A stretch of DNA of 64,000 nucleotides, taken from NCBI GenBank assembly GCA_964016885.1, contig OZ024743.1, positions 145,018,001-145,082,000 on the forward strand, in the 5' to 3' direction. Source of the stretch: Eledone cirrhosa (taxonomy: Eukaryota). The position numbers and the translations under genes are program-made. Under the pieces are notes generated by a model. The model saw only the letters and a list, made by a program, of their open reading frames with translations, was not told where the DNA came from and ran no database searches. Below, piece by piece: positions 41,416 to 59,090 of the stretch (the stretch's first letter is position 1; each line of letters opens with the position of its first letter).

Positions 41416-43565
41416 ATGGTGGCTGCCAACTCGTTTTCGAGTACAGCCACTACTTTATATCCATGTAGGAGAAACCCTACCGATGCGCTCTACGAGTGTG
41501 GCTTTTTAGTCCAGCCAGCGACTTGAAAACTCTGGTACAAACACGACAGTTGTGACAATTAATGACACCTAGTGCTGGGCCCATGGTACCATTTGACCCA
41601 AGGTGTCGTGTGAGATCACTACTCGACCTGCATACCCTTCCACAAACATTACATGTCGTCGTCTGATGAACACTTATAGCTCCACAGGTCCCTGCTTCCC
41701 TGTTCTTGTGCACTCTCAGGTGACTCTTTAGACCTGCCATGCTCATACAAACCCTATTACAAGTCTCACATGTCAGGTCAAGGCCGTTGTCAGTGCCTTC
41801 GGGAAGGCCAACATGGATTCCTTTCCGGACATCTCTTTTTAGTGTCGCGTGCCTTCTTGTTTCCTCAAATAGACTCTTGCCACTAGCCACTGCTTTCCTC
41901 CAATGCGATCGGTCGCTAGCGCATGCTTCCCAGTGCTCACAAGGGATGTTAGTTTTCTTGAGCGCCCCCTTGATGCAGTCCTTAAAACGCATCTTGGGTT
42001 TGCTCACGTTCCTTTTTCCCATTTGGAGCTCGCCATAGAGCAGCTGCTTCGGCATTCGTTTGTCATTAAACCTTACAAAATGGCCTGTCCAGCGCAGCTG
42101 ATGTTTCAAAATCAAGGACTCGACACTATCACAGCCACTTCTGTCCAGAACCTCGACGTCACTGACAAACATTTGCCAAGTTATGCCGAGGATCCGACGT
42201 AAGCAGTACTGGTGGAACCTCTCAAGTCGCTTCATCTGTCTACGGTAGACCACCCACGTCTCACAAGCATAAAGAAGTGCCGCAAGCACACACGCATGAT
42301 ACACTTTGAGCTTTGTCTTTACCGAAATTCCGTGTTGAGACGCTTGTTCAGTTTTCCAAAAGCATCACTGGCTTTCTGTATCCTGTTTGATATTTCCCCA
42401 TCAAGATCGCAGGACATACTCAGAGTGCTTCCAAGATATACAAAACTGCCAACGACCCTTAACCTTTCACCATAAACCAAGATGTTGATCTCACAACATG
42501 GCTTCCCAGGGGCTGGTTGGTACATGGCTACTGTCTTTTTCAGGCTTATGGTAAGTCCCAATGCAGTACACGCATTAGAAAATGCATCCATGAGATGCTG
42601 CATATCAATCTCCGTGGGCGCTACCAGGTCACAGTCATCTGCATAAAGCAAATCTCTGATTAGTGACAAGTGAACCTTTGACTTAGCATTGAACCTCCTG
42701 ATATTAAACAGATTTTCAGTTGACCGATAGCGAACATATATACCATGATTGCAGTTCCCGAAGGCCTGTTCGAAGACAATGGAGAAGTACAAAGCAAAGA
42801 GCGTTGGAGCTGGAATGTCACCCTGTTTGACTCCATTCTCGACCGTCACCGGCTCAGAGAGCTTTCCACCAACATTTACCCATGCCTTCGTGTCCTCATG
42901 AAACAAACGCAAAATGGAAATAAACTTCTCAGAGCACCTCAGCTTCCTCAAAATATCCCATAAAGCCTTTCTGTTGACCGTGTCAAATGCCTTTGTCAGA
43001 TCAACAAACACCTGGTAGAGATCCACATTCTGCTCAACACACTTTTTCTGCAGTTGTCTGTGCCACGCTCAGCCCGAAAACCCGATTGCGACTCTGGTAG
43101 AGCTTCATCAGCAATGTGGAGCAACAAACGGTCCAACAGAATTCTACAGAGAACTTTGCCGACAACAGACAACAGTGATATCCCACGATAGTTTGCGCAG
43201 TTATCCATGTCTCCCTTTCCCTTGTACAAAACAACCATCACAGCATCCTTCCAGTCATCGGGAACATGATTGTTGTTCCAGGCATCCAGAACCGTGCTTC
43301 AAGATCTCAGTATACAGCCCATCCAATCCAGGCGACTTCCCACCATTGAGTTTCCTGATAGCACTTTTAACCTCCTCGATCGTTGGAGGCTCAGCAAGGA
43401 TTTCCTTTACTGGCTTATCAGGTATGGACCTGATAAACTCTTCGTCAACCTCTGAATCCCCATTGAGAAGCTCGTCAAAGTGTTCTCGCCATGTCAACAG
43501 GATATCATTGGGATCTCTAAGGAGCTGATTGCCTTCCTTTGTCCTAAGAGGCGCAACTGGTGATG
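41416..43565 (-). mobile_element. RTE-clade LINE (family B), 5'-truncated and frameshifted
   Basis: Motifs KSPGLDG, NYRGISLL, PESQSGFR, FVDLTKAFDTV, KQGDIPAP, YADD and LRWTGH. Three C-terminal C2H2-like fingers. (GTAT)n tail. Confidence 0.93.
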
Positions 43566-43584
43566 TACATACATACATACATAC

Positions 43585-44039
43585 ATGGTGGCTGCCAACT
43601 CGTTTTCGAGTACGGCCACTACTTTATATCCATGTAGGAGAAGCCCTACCGATGCGCTGAACGAGTGTGACTTTTTAGTCCAGCTAGCGACTTGAAAACT
43701 TTGGTACAAACACTACACTCGTGACAATTATTGACACATAGTACTGGGCCCATGGTACCATGTGACGACAAGTGCAGAGAGATCTCCAGATATAAAGCAA
43801 TGCCTGTGCCGTGAAGCTTTTATAGTGAGCAAAGGCAGTGCACAAAGCCAGTCCCACTCTCTTAACCAAGATGATATTTACCAAAAAGAAAAACAAGTCA
43901 ACATCATTGGATACTATCAGGGTTGCAGGTGTTATATCAGAGTTTTCATTCTCCTAGAATTCTGCCTTGACAAAGGCTAAGAGGTCATCTCTTCCGGTGA
44001 TTTTGGATGGCCATTGACTCTTAAGAGCTCCTTTGCCCT
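43585..44039 (-). mobile_element. Bipartite non-autonomous RTE copy with a target-site duplication of at least 23 bp
   Basis: cctaagaggcgcaactggtgatg occurs at 43543-43565 and 44037-44059. Confidence 0.9.
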
Positions 44040-44134
44040 AAGAGGCGCAACTGGTGATGTACATACATACATACATACATACATACATACATACATACAT
44101 ACATACATACATACATACATACATACATACATAC

Positions 44135-45103
44135 ATCATTAGAATAGCGACTGATCTGGAGGAGAGATATGGAATAAAGCCTGATATAAATCTCTCACCC
44201 AGAGAAATCGGAAGATCCTATTCAATGTTCAAACAAGATAAAAAAATTTACAGAAAAAGTTGTGCAAGGATACTTGAGCCGTAAAACACAGACCATAGAG
44301 GGGATAAACCACTCAAAAAGCCTGGCATGGAGTTCCGACAAGTTTATGACATCACACCTTGAGGGATATCTCTATGCAATACAGGAACAGAACTCCCTAC
44401 CAAATATCTGCTGCACAAAAGAGGAGGGCCAGCAGCTGACAATAAATGTAGGCTATGTAAAACAAAGATCGAGGATGTAAGCCACATTGTTGCCAGCTGC
44501 GAAAGAATGTCATCTCGCTACTACCTCCCCATGAGACACGATGGGATAGCTAGAACCATCTGGAACGCACTTCGGAAAACAAAATTAACAACAAACGAGG
44601 AAGAATATATTGAGACAGATGGCACTAAGGAATACTGGTGGAACCTGAAAATAAAAACTGCCACCAAATTAAAGCACAACCGGCCTGATATTGTTGTTTG
44701 GGACCACACATTGAAAACGTGTTCTGTTGTGGAGATCAGCTGCCCACTTGATGTAAACGTTGTCAGAAAAATACAGGAGAAGGAGGACATCTACGGACCA
44801 TTGATGAGGACTTTACAAATCCAGTATCCAAGATACACCTTTAGCTTCATACCCATCATTATTGGAGCTACGGGTTATATACCAACCCGCTTGGACCAAA
44901 GTATGACTGAACTTGGATTTGCGGACAAAAACCGCAACTCCCTAATTCATAGTCTACAAATGGCTGCGATAGCTGGCACCTTCAAAATTTGCAAAACATT
45001 CTTGCGATTCAAGGGATGACAATTTCCTTTCTTTTACAACCTTGCCACTAGGTAGGTGGCCGATCAAAAAAAATATATACTCGAAATTAAGAGAAAGAGA
45101 TAA
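44135..45103 (+). mobile_element. 5'-truncated RLE family 1 copy in (TACA)n
   Basis: Near-identical to 8913-9887 with small indels. Confidence 0.95.
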
Positions 45104-45114
45104 CATACATACAT

Positions 45115-45675
45115 ACACGATGTGATAGCTAGAACCATCTAGAACGCAGTTAGTAAAACAAAATTAAAAACAAATGAGGAGGAATGTGTTGAGATGATGG
45201 CACTAAGGAATACTGATGGAACCTGAAAATAAAAACTGCTACCAAAATAAAGCACAACCGGCCTGATATTGTTGTTTGGGAACACACATTGAAAACGTGC
45301 TCTGTTGTAGAGATCAGCTACCCACTTTATGTCAGCGTTGTAAGAAAAAAACAAGAGAAGAAAAACATCTACGGACCATTGATGAGGAGTTTGCAGATCC
45401 AGTATCCAAGATACACCTTCTGCTTCATACCCATCATTATTGGAGCTACGGGTTATATACCAACATGCTTGGACCAAAGTATTACTGAACTTAGATTTGT
45501 GGACAAAGAGCGCAGCACCCTAATTCATAGACCACAAATGGCTGCGATAGCTGGCACCTTCAAAATTTGCAAAACATTCTTGCGATTCAAGGGATGACTA
45601 TTTCTTTTCTTTTACAACCTTGCCACCAGGAAGGCGGCCGGTCAAAAATGTACTCGAAATTAAGAAAAAGAGAAA
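45115..45675 (+). mobile_element. Older, decayed 5'-truncated RLE family 1 copy
   Basis: Homologous to 9323-9887 with in-frame stops; ends in (ACAT)n. Confidence 0.92.
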
Positions 45676-45719
45676 CATACATACATACATACATACATAC
45701 ATACTCATAAACTAATATT

Positions 45720-46440
45720 CGCTATGTTAGATTAGTTTAAAGATATCCGTAATATGGATCAAATTCGATATGTTCAACTCGACGTCAACAACTATTATTC
45801 TTCCACAACCTTACCGTTATTATTTGACTATTAATCTTTCCAGAACTATAACGGAAATTAAGGATTTCGATGTTGATGCTATACTTCAAGCACGGAAGAC
45901 TAAGATAAATTTGTATAATTTTCTTCCGATTAAATATCTAATAGAACCTCCTTTGATGTGAGCATGGAGGCAAGTGATTCAGCGGAAGTCACAGACCTTA
46001 TCGGTCTTTTTATACCTTACTCAATTTTTTTTTTATATTCAATAATGTAGACAATGGTTTGTATCAGGGTGATGGTCTGTTGATTATGCCCATATGTAGA
46101 TCTAGAGTTATAGACAGATTCAGGAAGGATTTGATTGTCATTTTTAAAGGGTTCAAATTTTAGATAGCAATTTATGCAAATCTATTGAATTTTTTAGAAG
46201 CGTGCCTTAACTTTTCCAAAAGCTCGTTCGATCCATATAGAAAGCGGGATGAGTCAATGAACTAAATGAATAGATTTTCTAACTATCCGACCAATATATT
46301 TAATGATCTGATTATAAATATTTCCTTGAAACTATCCCTATATCAGCCATTTAGCAAATTTTTAAGCATTATTCTTTATACTATAATGGAATTTTGGCCG
46401 GCAGCGAGTTTAGTAATAAAATAGGTTATATGAATAATAT
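45720..46440 (+). pseudogene. Decayed Naiad-like PLE RT fragment
   Basis: Remnants YVQLDV, ILQARK, FDVSM..SDSAEVTDLIG, GLYQGDGL and PYRK match the RT at 35619-36629. Confidence 0.7.
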
Positions 46441-47003
46441 AAGGTGTGGAGTATGTGATTAAACTAACAAGCAGCTACTCAATTTATTACAATTGCTGTA
46501 TTCAAAATGTTCAAAACATAGGTTTTATATTAAACATAATCAGTATACGAAATTCGCCATGGCGAAAAACGGACCCTGATCCTCATCACTTGAAGTAGCC
46601 TTTGTAATTCGACTGAAAATTGCAGTGAGGTGGCGTAAAAGTATAGCTCTAGAATTGGAGAGAAAGTTCAATAAAAGTTTATAACAAACTATTGTTTAAA
46701 ATGAAACAAAACGTATTAAAGGAAAATAGAAACAAAACCAATAACAATATTTGGTTACCGAAATAGATTTCCTGTAATTTCGAAATTTTTCTACAGCAGA
46801 AATAGTAAAATAAATTAACAAATATAAAATATATTAACAATAGTATTTCCTAGTGTTTCTTAGTAAAGCCATCTTTTGACAATGGAATTCTTCCTTAATA
46901 TCAAATCTTCGTTACTAATATCTAGGTTTGAGTGAAAAAACGCTAATTTGCTTATATATATATACTCGCACACACACATATATATACACATATATATATT
47001 TAT

Positions 47004-47051
<48 letters not shown>

Positions 47052-47677
47052 AGTGTGCAGGTGTTCTCTGGCTAGCGTTTTGAAATAGATTGAAAAACAA
47101 AGGAAATATAATGGGAAGAATAAATGAATGAAAAAATGAATATTGCACATAAACGAGACGAAAAGTAAAATAGTTAGTCGAAAGAAAAGATGTTAGGAAA
47201 GCCAAAGAAAGAAAGAATCATAAAGGGAAATAGAGAAGGATTTTTAATCAATAAAAAGAAATAAACAAAGATGTATGGAAAGAAAATTAAAGAATGAACA
47301 AAGAGGAAAACGAGGAAAGACGAATGTATGTATGAATGAAAGAAAGAGGAATGTATGAATGAAAAAAAGAAGGTGAGACGGATGAAAGTTAGAGAAAGGC
47401 GAGAAATATGTGAGTAAGCTGAAGAAAGTAGGAAATAGAATGGAAGTGGGTGAAGAAGGCAAAGAGAAAGATATTATTGAGCTTCTGGTTAAATCTATGA
47501 TCAAAACCGTCGCAGCCTTGACCCTCGCATTATTTAATTTGTCTCTTGTAGTGTGTGGGTTAATGAAAATTTGGATGACATATGTAGCAAGTACAGCTAT
47601 TGCACACAGGATCTATCGTTGAATCAGTATGAGAATTAAGTATAAAGATGAGATAGATAAACACACACACACACACA

Positions 47678-47772
<95 letters not shown>

Positions 47773-47849
47773 ATAAATTAACGGAGGCATAGGCCGTCGT
47801 TATATATATATATATTATATATATATATATAGGGAAAAAAGATGAAATC

Positions 47850-50365
<2,516 letters not shown>

Positions 50366-51094
50366 GAGCCTGTGTTTTTCTGAAACGTTCTGTTAAATGT
50401 TTTTCTTTTTTTTAAAATTCTTTCTAAGTATTCGCTGCACATTCAATATCTACTGTGAAATATCGCATATAATGTTGAATGTTGAAATATCGCATATAAT
50501 ACAGTTGCGGGTGTGTACGCGATCGCTGTGGGTATACGTAAAAGTGCCCGTATCAATCACGCCTGCGCGAAACATGGACATGGGTGAGGGCGCCTACAGG
50601 TGGAGAAGCCGGCGACAGGGCGCGAGCGGTTCAATCATACAATCCCTTACCTCCTATAGTAGTAATTCCGATTTAAGAAACAACTTTGATTGACAGGTGG
50701 CGAATGAAAGGAACCAAATATAGGACGGCCATGAGTGGCTAAAAATACCGATGACGTGTACAATTCTTGGCCACTCATAGAATGACAACAACAGTATCTA
50801 AGCTGCCGAGTGAGGGCCGCGGGTGTAACTGGACATTTGGAAACTCTGCTTCGTAGAATCGAGACGTATCTGAGGACCTTGCGATTTCAGAGTCAGGTTC
50901 GATCATTACATCGATCGTGCCTCGAGCTGGTCGCCAGAGAAACGATTGTATTATGTCTAATAAATTTTATTCGTCGCAACACTAATTCTCCGTCTCTTAT
51001 GTGATATATATATATATATTTATTTTTTATTTTATTTTAGTCCAGAATTAGCCGTCGAAACGGCTTGAGCTCAGCCGTCGGGGTCCTACTCGTT

Positions 51095-51180
<86 letters not shown>

Positions 51181-51269
51181 TAATATGAAAGAGTCGGAAC
51201 CCCGACGGCTGAGCTCTTGCCGTTTCAGCAGCTAGTACCAGACTCTTTCATATTATCGTATTCTGCTAC

Positions 51270-51587
51270 CCCAATTTTCGCGTGCTCTGGTGAGTAATGG
51301 TCTAAACATCTGCATCCATTTTGATTTAGAAAGATAGCTAGATAGATAGAGAGAGAGGGGGAGCAAGGTGCAGAAAATATAGAAAGAAAGAAACAAGCAG
51401 GTCTTTCTTATTAAGCTTCACACTTTCACATTCCCCTCCTTCTCTCGTTATCCTTGTTTCTTTCTTTCTATATTTTCTGCATCTTGCCCCCCCCCCCCCC
51501 CCACTCTCTATCTATCTAGCTATCTTTCTAAATCAAAATGGATGTAGATGTTTAGACCATTACTCACCAGAGCACGCGAAAATTGGA
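51270..51587. repeat. Inverted repeat (~125-bp arms) from the 3' tail of an HHR-bearing element
   Basis: ccaattttcgcgtgctctggtgag...aaacaag and its reverse complement at 51453-51587. Confidence 0.85.
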
Positions 51588-52681
51588 AGTCGACGTTCAC
51601 AATTCCACTAGACCGTCCTTAATCCTTGTTTTTATATTATTAGAGAAGGATCTTCTCAAGCCCTTCAAAATTCTCTGAAATAAATTTGCAGATGTATGCC
51701 TTATATTTCTATAGGATTGAGTGGACCTGTGAGAAATTGCTGACTAGCGCTCAACGAAATAAGAATGCATGCATATTCAGGACTTGTAGCTAATGTTGTT
51801 CGTGGGTCTTAATTTGTTATTTGAGAAATACGGGTGAGCAGACCCAAACTAAAAGAAATGTCAAAGAATCTAACATCGGTGTATTCTCTCAATGTGCACA
51901 CATTCGAATACACACGCACACATGCACGCACACAAACATACACGCACACAAACATACATGCACGTACACACACAAAGAAGAAACTACAATACGACTACGC
52001 AGGGAATACAGACATATACACACTCCCTTATTTTCTTTATTTTTTCTTTCTCCTCAGCTCTCTATGTTAACTCTGTTTGTAGTAAACAGATAGAATCAAC
52101 AAAATCAATGTAAAATATCTTATCACTAGACTGACATTCAATCTTTTGTCACTGACGTTTGAAACTAATAACATTGCAGCTGGTTACTGAAAGGAAAAAC
52201 AACATTCATGTTCCCATATATTTCCTATAGTCATCTATCACTGATGCTCTCTTTCCAAAAGTTGCATTTTCAGTCAGCTTTTCTCCATTAACTCCATCGA
52301 AGCAAAATGACATTCGGTATTTTCACCCCAACGATTCCCACCAACTCCAAACTAACCCAACATGCAAACTATCCCCAACGCTGTTAAAGAGATCTACAAT
52401 TACAAATCAACAATATAAACTATTTAACATTATTCCCACTATTACATACTGTCAGATGGAAGTATTGACCTATCAAGAGACAAAACGTGGTAGATGCAGA
52501 GCTTTAAGAAACAGAGCGCAACATTTCAATGATCTTGGGTTGGCCATTCAGTAAAAAAAAAGAGCTTGGAGGTTTGACAGTCCTACAAAAACAATATACA
52601 GCTAGCAATATTATTTGAAATTTGTGCATGATGAATGAACATTCTATCATAAACACACATACACGAATGAGCGCCTCTCTT

Positions 52682-52722
<41 letters not shown>

Positions 52723-52871
52723 GCATATTATATAACAAACCAAAAGCAAGAAAGATGAGAGAATACAGTATGGCGTCTGAATGAAACGAGTGGAAAATGG
52801 GAGAAAACAAGAACACGACAGCACAGAAATTGGCGAAAACAATATAAATACACATATATCATATATGAATA

Positions 52872-53921
<1,050 letters not shown>

Positions 53922-53924
<3 letters not shown>

Positions 53925-56864
53925 AAGTTTTATTTAAATTGTTGGGTTAACAACGAGTAAATATTTATAACTGATATAAAAGCACTCAACAAGTATTTGG
54001 AGTATATTTACGATATTAAATAAATGGAAACTATATTTATAAAACCATATTTATTTCATTATATATATTTCAGGGATATCATATTAAAAATATGTTATGC
54101 CTTCTTCAGACAAAATACAATATAAACAGTCTTATAAATATATAGATTCGACATACCTTTCGACTTCGACTTCTATTTGAAAAGTTGATTTGGTAGTGAA
54201 AAAATATTAGGGACAGTTATAAAAAGAAAGAAAGAAAAACGAAGAAAAAGAAGAAATGCATGCAACTAAATAGAGAGAGATAGATATAGAGAGATAGATA
54301 TAGAGAAGAAATTCATGTAAAGAAACAGAGAGAGATATATAGAGAGAGGAAAAAAACACAGAGGGAGATAGAGAGAGAGAGAGAGAGAAGAGAGGAGAGA
54401 GAGAGAAGAGAGGAGAGAGAGAGAAAGAGAAAATATAGAGAGATAGATATAGATAGAGATAGAGAGAAAGAAACTAGGTAGTTGGGCACCAGTTGAATGA
54501 CGTATCAATGATATATTTATTTATTTATTTATTTATTTAGCTCTAGTATTAATGTAGAGAGAGATATATGTGGTTAAGAGAGAAAACATCCGTTACATAG
54601 AGAGAAAAGAAAAATATCCAGACAAAAACGAGGCAGATTTAAAACACTATGTTTCATCAATGTAAAAAATATCAATTCGTATAAAACAGGCATTATAATG
54701 TAAATATCAGTATTCATGAATGAGACACGTATCAATAATGTGTGAAAAATAATGATCATATGTCTAGTTTAAAATTCCTAGGTTTATATTAGAGTTGAGA
54801 TAAAATAGAAGGTTATCCCAGATTTTATACTATATACAGCCATGTGAATTTACGTGATCAGCTCTGCAAATTCCTATTTCACACGAAAACATTCTCATTG
54901 TGCTATAAAAATTTAAGTATACATATATGTGTACATACCCACAAATATATATAGAGTCTACATTAATTTTAACAATACTATTCATGTCTTTACTCTACAT
55001 GATTATCGTTCAAGCATAAATAGAGAACAGATTTTAGGTTCCACCTCGACAGAATTTAAACTTCGCTATAATAACCACAAGAATTCTTTCACAGATCCAA
55101 GCAAAAAATCCTCAACATCACTATCAGGCCTACTCTGGCAACTTAGGCATGATAACGTTGGATATTCAACGGCTTGGAATATAGTCTCAAGAGGGATTCC
55201 TTTTAATTCATCCTCTGAGACATGTGACCTCTGCGCGGAGGAGATATTCTTTATACTAAAATCTAAAAATTCCCTTAATTTACGGACACATTTATTCAGT
55301 TGCTGCAGACATAGATTGAACTCAACTTTTAAATATAAATATAAATTTAAAATGTAGTATATTTAATTTGATTTATAATTATTTATGAAACTCGCCGATA
55401 AATCTTTCGATTCCTTTTTATTTTAAACATTCTTCATGAATAATTAAACTACCCTAAAAGCTGATGCTCCAAATATATCGAATACATTTTACACTAGATA
55501 AACTTCTATATTAAATATAAGACCATCTGTAGATCAAATGGGTATCCTAAACTTTTGGAATGTTTTCTGCTAGACAGGATTTGGTAAATAATTTTTGGTT
55601 TTGTTTGCTTTTGATTCTGATGCTTATAACGAACTTGGCAATATATTGTCAATTAACTTTGAAGGGTTGATCTCTGTGGTTGATTTGCGGGGCATACTAT
55701 GTTTTATTTTTATTTTAATATTTTTAATATTTTTAATATTTTTAATATTTTTAATATTTTTAATATTTTTATTTTTAATATTTTTTTGATTTTTTTGTTT
55801 TTTATTTACTTTTTGTTTCTGATATTTTTATTGATATATTGATATCTGTTCTCTATTTATGCTTGAACGATAATCATGTAGAGTAAAGACATGAATAGTA
55901 TTGTTAAAATTAATGTAGACTCTATATATATTTGTGGGTATGTACACATATATGTATACTTAAATTTTTATAGCACAATGAGAATGTTTTCGTGTGAAAT
56001 AGGAATTTGCAGAGCTGATCACGTAAATTCACATGGCTGTATATAGTATAAAATCTGGGATAACCTTCTATTTTATCTCAACTCTAATATAAACCTAGGA
56101 ATTTTAAACTAGACATATGATCATTATTTTTCACTCATTATTGATACGTGTCTCATTCATGAATACTGATATTTACATTATAATGCCTGTTTTATACGAA
56201 TTGATATTTTTTACATTGATGAAACATAGTGTTTTAAATCTGCCTCGTTTTTGTCTGGATATTTTTCTTTTCTCTCTATGTAACGGATGTTTTCTCTCTT
56301 AACCACATATATCTCTCTCTACATTAATACTAGAGCTAAATAAATAAATAAATAAATAAATATATCATTGATACGTCATTCAACTGGTGCCCAACTACCT
56401 AGTTTCTTTCTCTCTATCTCTATCTATATCTATCTCTCTATATTTTCTCTTTCTCTCTCTCTCCTCTCTTCTCTCTCTCTCCTCTCTTCTCTCTCTCTCT
56501 CTCTATCTCCCTCTGTGTTTTTTTCCTCTCTCTATATATATCTCTCTCTGTTTCTTTACATGAATTTCTTCTCTATATCTATCTCTCTATATCTATCTCT
56601 CTCTATTTAGTTGCATGCATTTCTTCTTTTTCTTCGTTTTTCTTTCTTTCTTTTTATAACTGTCCCTAATATTTTTTCACTACCAAATCAACTTTTCAAA
56701 TAGAAGTCGAAGTTGAAAGGTATGTCGAATCTATCTATTTATAAGACTGTTTATATTGTATTTTGTCTGAAGAAGGCATAACATATTTTTAATATGATAT
56801 CCCTGAAATATATATAATGAAATAAATATGGTTTTATAAATATAGTTTCCATTTATTTAATATC

Positions 56865-56867
<3 letters not shown>
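53922..56867 (+). mobile_element. 5'-truncated Naiad-like PLE with ~1.02-kb inverted arms
   Basis: Arms 54009-55032 and 55844-56867. GIY-YIG fragment LGSTSTEFKLRYNNH..STSLS..W..CDLCAEE..LN.R..CCRH at 55033-55357. HHR at 56759-56824 (+) and 54052-54117 (-). Confidence 0.88.
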
Positions 56868-56903
<36 letters not shown>

Positions 56904-56910
56904 AAAAAAA

Positions 56911-56993
56911 CCCCGACGGCAGAGCTCAAGCCGTTTCGACGGCTATTTCCAGAAATAGCCATCGAAACGGCGGCTTGAGCTCTGCCGTCGGGG
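56911..56993. repeat. Short palindrome made of two hammerhead 3' halves
   Basis: ccccgacggcagagctcaagccgtttcgacggctatttc-ca-gaaatagccatcgaaacggc..tgagctctgccgtcgggg. Confidence 0.85.
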
Positions 56994-57100
56994 TCATACT
57001 TTACTTTTTCCTATTACCCACTCTACTACCCTAAGTATTGAGTACTCTGGTGCGTTATGGTCCATCTGGTTCCTTCATTATATATATATATATATATATA

Positions 57101-57797
57101 AATGAAAATTAGAGTTAAAACTCCAATTGAAACCCTGTAACTACTAAGCTCCAAGTATAAAATACTGAGCCGATTAATAATATATATGCAGTAAGAAACA
57201 CAGTAAACCGTGTGTCTAATATTACAAGGGTTTAAAAACCACATTTGTTTGAAATATTTAACCAAGAAGCAGACAGAATGATAAAATAAAAATATATTAT
57301 TATACAAACCGCCTCAATAACCATTATATCTTTCGGACAGATTATCCCTAATCTGTTTCGCCCTGAGTGTGTTTGTAACAGATAATCCTTAGGCATCATC
57401 AGCGAGAGAATCTGATTAAATGCAACAAACACTATGTACCAACGTTCACACAGAAAGATGAAATTTATCACCTCGTGCGCCGCTAGTCAAACGTGGTAAG
57501 CGTGTATTGAATAGAAACAACAGTCCAACACACACAACTTAATAAGCTCGACTTGTGAGGGGGCAGAAATATGAATGAAAATTAGAGTTAAAACTCCAAT
57601 TGAAACCCTGTAACTACTAAGCTCCAAGTGTAAAATACTGAGCCGATTAATAATATATATGCAGTAAGAAACACAGTAAACCGTGTGTCTAATATTACAA
57701 GGGTTGAAAAACCACATTTGTTTGAAATATTTCAAACAAATGTGGTTTTTCAACCCTTGTAATATTAGACACACGGTTTACTGTGTTTCTTACTGCA

Positions 57798-57807
<10 letters not shown>
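57101..57807 (-). mobile_element. Second ORF-less retrozyme-like element: ~159-bp direct repeats 472 bp apart, one hammerhead, perfect fold-back cap
   Basis: 57101-57259 matches 57573-57731. Perfect palindrome 57651-57806 centred on gaaatatttc. Partial relative at 27291-27495 (+). Confidence 0.78.
57329..57409 (-). ncRNA. Type I hammerhead with a stable 8-bp stem III
   Basis: TCTCTCG CTGATGA T GCCT..AGGGC GAAA CAGATTA GGGA TAATCTG TC CGAAAGA (GUC triplet). Confidence 0.8.
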
Positions 57808-57870
<63 letters not shown>

Positions 57871-57915
57871 GAAGGAGTTGTGGTAAGGAACCAGATGGAC
57901 CATAACGCACCAGAG

Positions 57916-57951
<36 letters not shown>

Positions 57952-58459
57952 TAAAAGGAAAAGAAAATGGTGATAAATTGTTCCCAGTGAAAAATAGTTT
58001 AATTAGGACTAAGTAAAAATTAGTAATAGTATTGGTTAGTATTCAGTTTTGGTTTTAAGTTTTACCGGTTGCACATTTCTAATGCTTTTCAAAAATAATT
58101 TTGAGATAGGGCGCCCGTGGTGTTTGCTCTAATCTGATTAGTTTTGGAAATTCTACCTGTTTTATGTAAAAAAAAGTGGCTCCAAATGTATGAAAAAATT
58201 CTTGTGGTCAAAACAAATTTGATTGGTCGGTAGAGGTCATGTGAATGTTAAAAATTGATTTTGCGCCAAATGTAGGTTTGTCTCGGCTGATTGAGAAATC
58301 ACTGAAAAATAAGTCTTTCAAGACAAATATGTGTGTGTGTGTGTGTAGTAGTAGTAGTAGTAAATAGGTTCGTTGTTGTGATAATGGTCAGCAGCGATGT
58401 GTGTGCGAACCGCAGCCTGCTGACAGTTCAAATGCCTATTAAGACATGTGTGTGTGTGC

Positions 58460-58529
<70 letters not shown>

Positions 58530-58644
58530 ATGTGTGTGTGTGTAGCAGAGTAATTCGTGGTAGAGGGATCGGTCAGTAGGAATGTGTCTGTACGTGTGTG
58601 GGGATATTTTAACATGATACACACTTGTCTTAATAGGCATTTGA

Positions 58645-58838
58645 ACTGGGTTATAGAAAGTGGAATTCCAGGGTGTATTATTTACTATGTTGTTATTATC
58701 AACTGTGTTGTCTCTACTTCCACCAACACCTTCATGGTTGCTTCTATGTCCCTCATTGTTGCTCCTGTCTCTTCCCCCTGTGTCACTGTTATTTTCTAAT
58801 CTATTTTGTTTGTCTGTGTGTTCATCCTGGTTATCGCT
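58645..58838 (-). pseudogene. Fragment of the N-terminal region of a relative of the Nematis-like PLE
   Basis: [31 protein letters not shown] aligns with the protein at 18550-19629. Confidence 0.8.
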
Positions 58839-58864
58839 ATATGTATATACGTATATATATATAC

Positions 58865-58959
<95 letters not shown>

Positions 58960-59090
58960 CAAGGGAAAGCAAATAAAGAAAAAACTTTAAAATAAATTTC
59001 AAAAGATTCACTGTACTTACTATATGTACCTTTACCACGGTTTCAGATCCCCAAACAAATAGATAATCCAAGCGGATTTCCATTGAGAAA

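Noticed and set aside
54929-55357. Selenocysteine recoding, reported for some Naiad PLEs
   Set aside because: The conserved Cys positions visible here and at 23257-23571 use normal TGT/TGC codons; no in-frame TGA at those sites.
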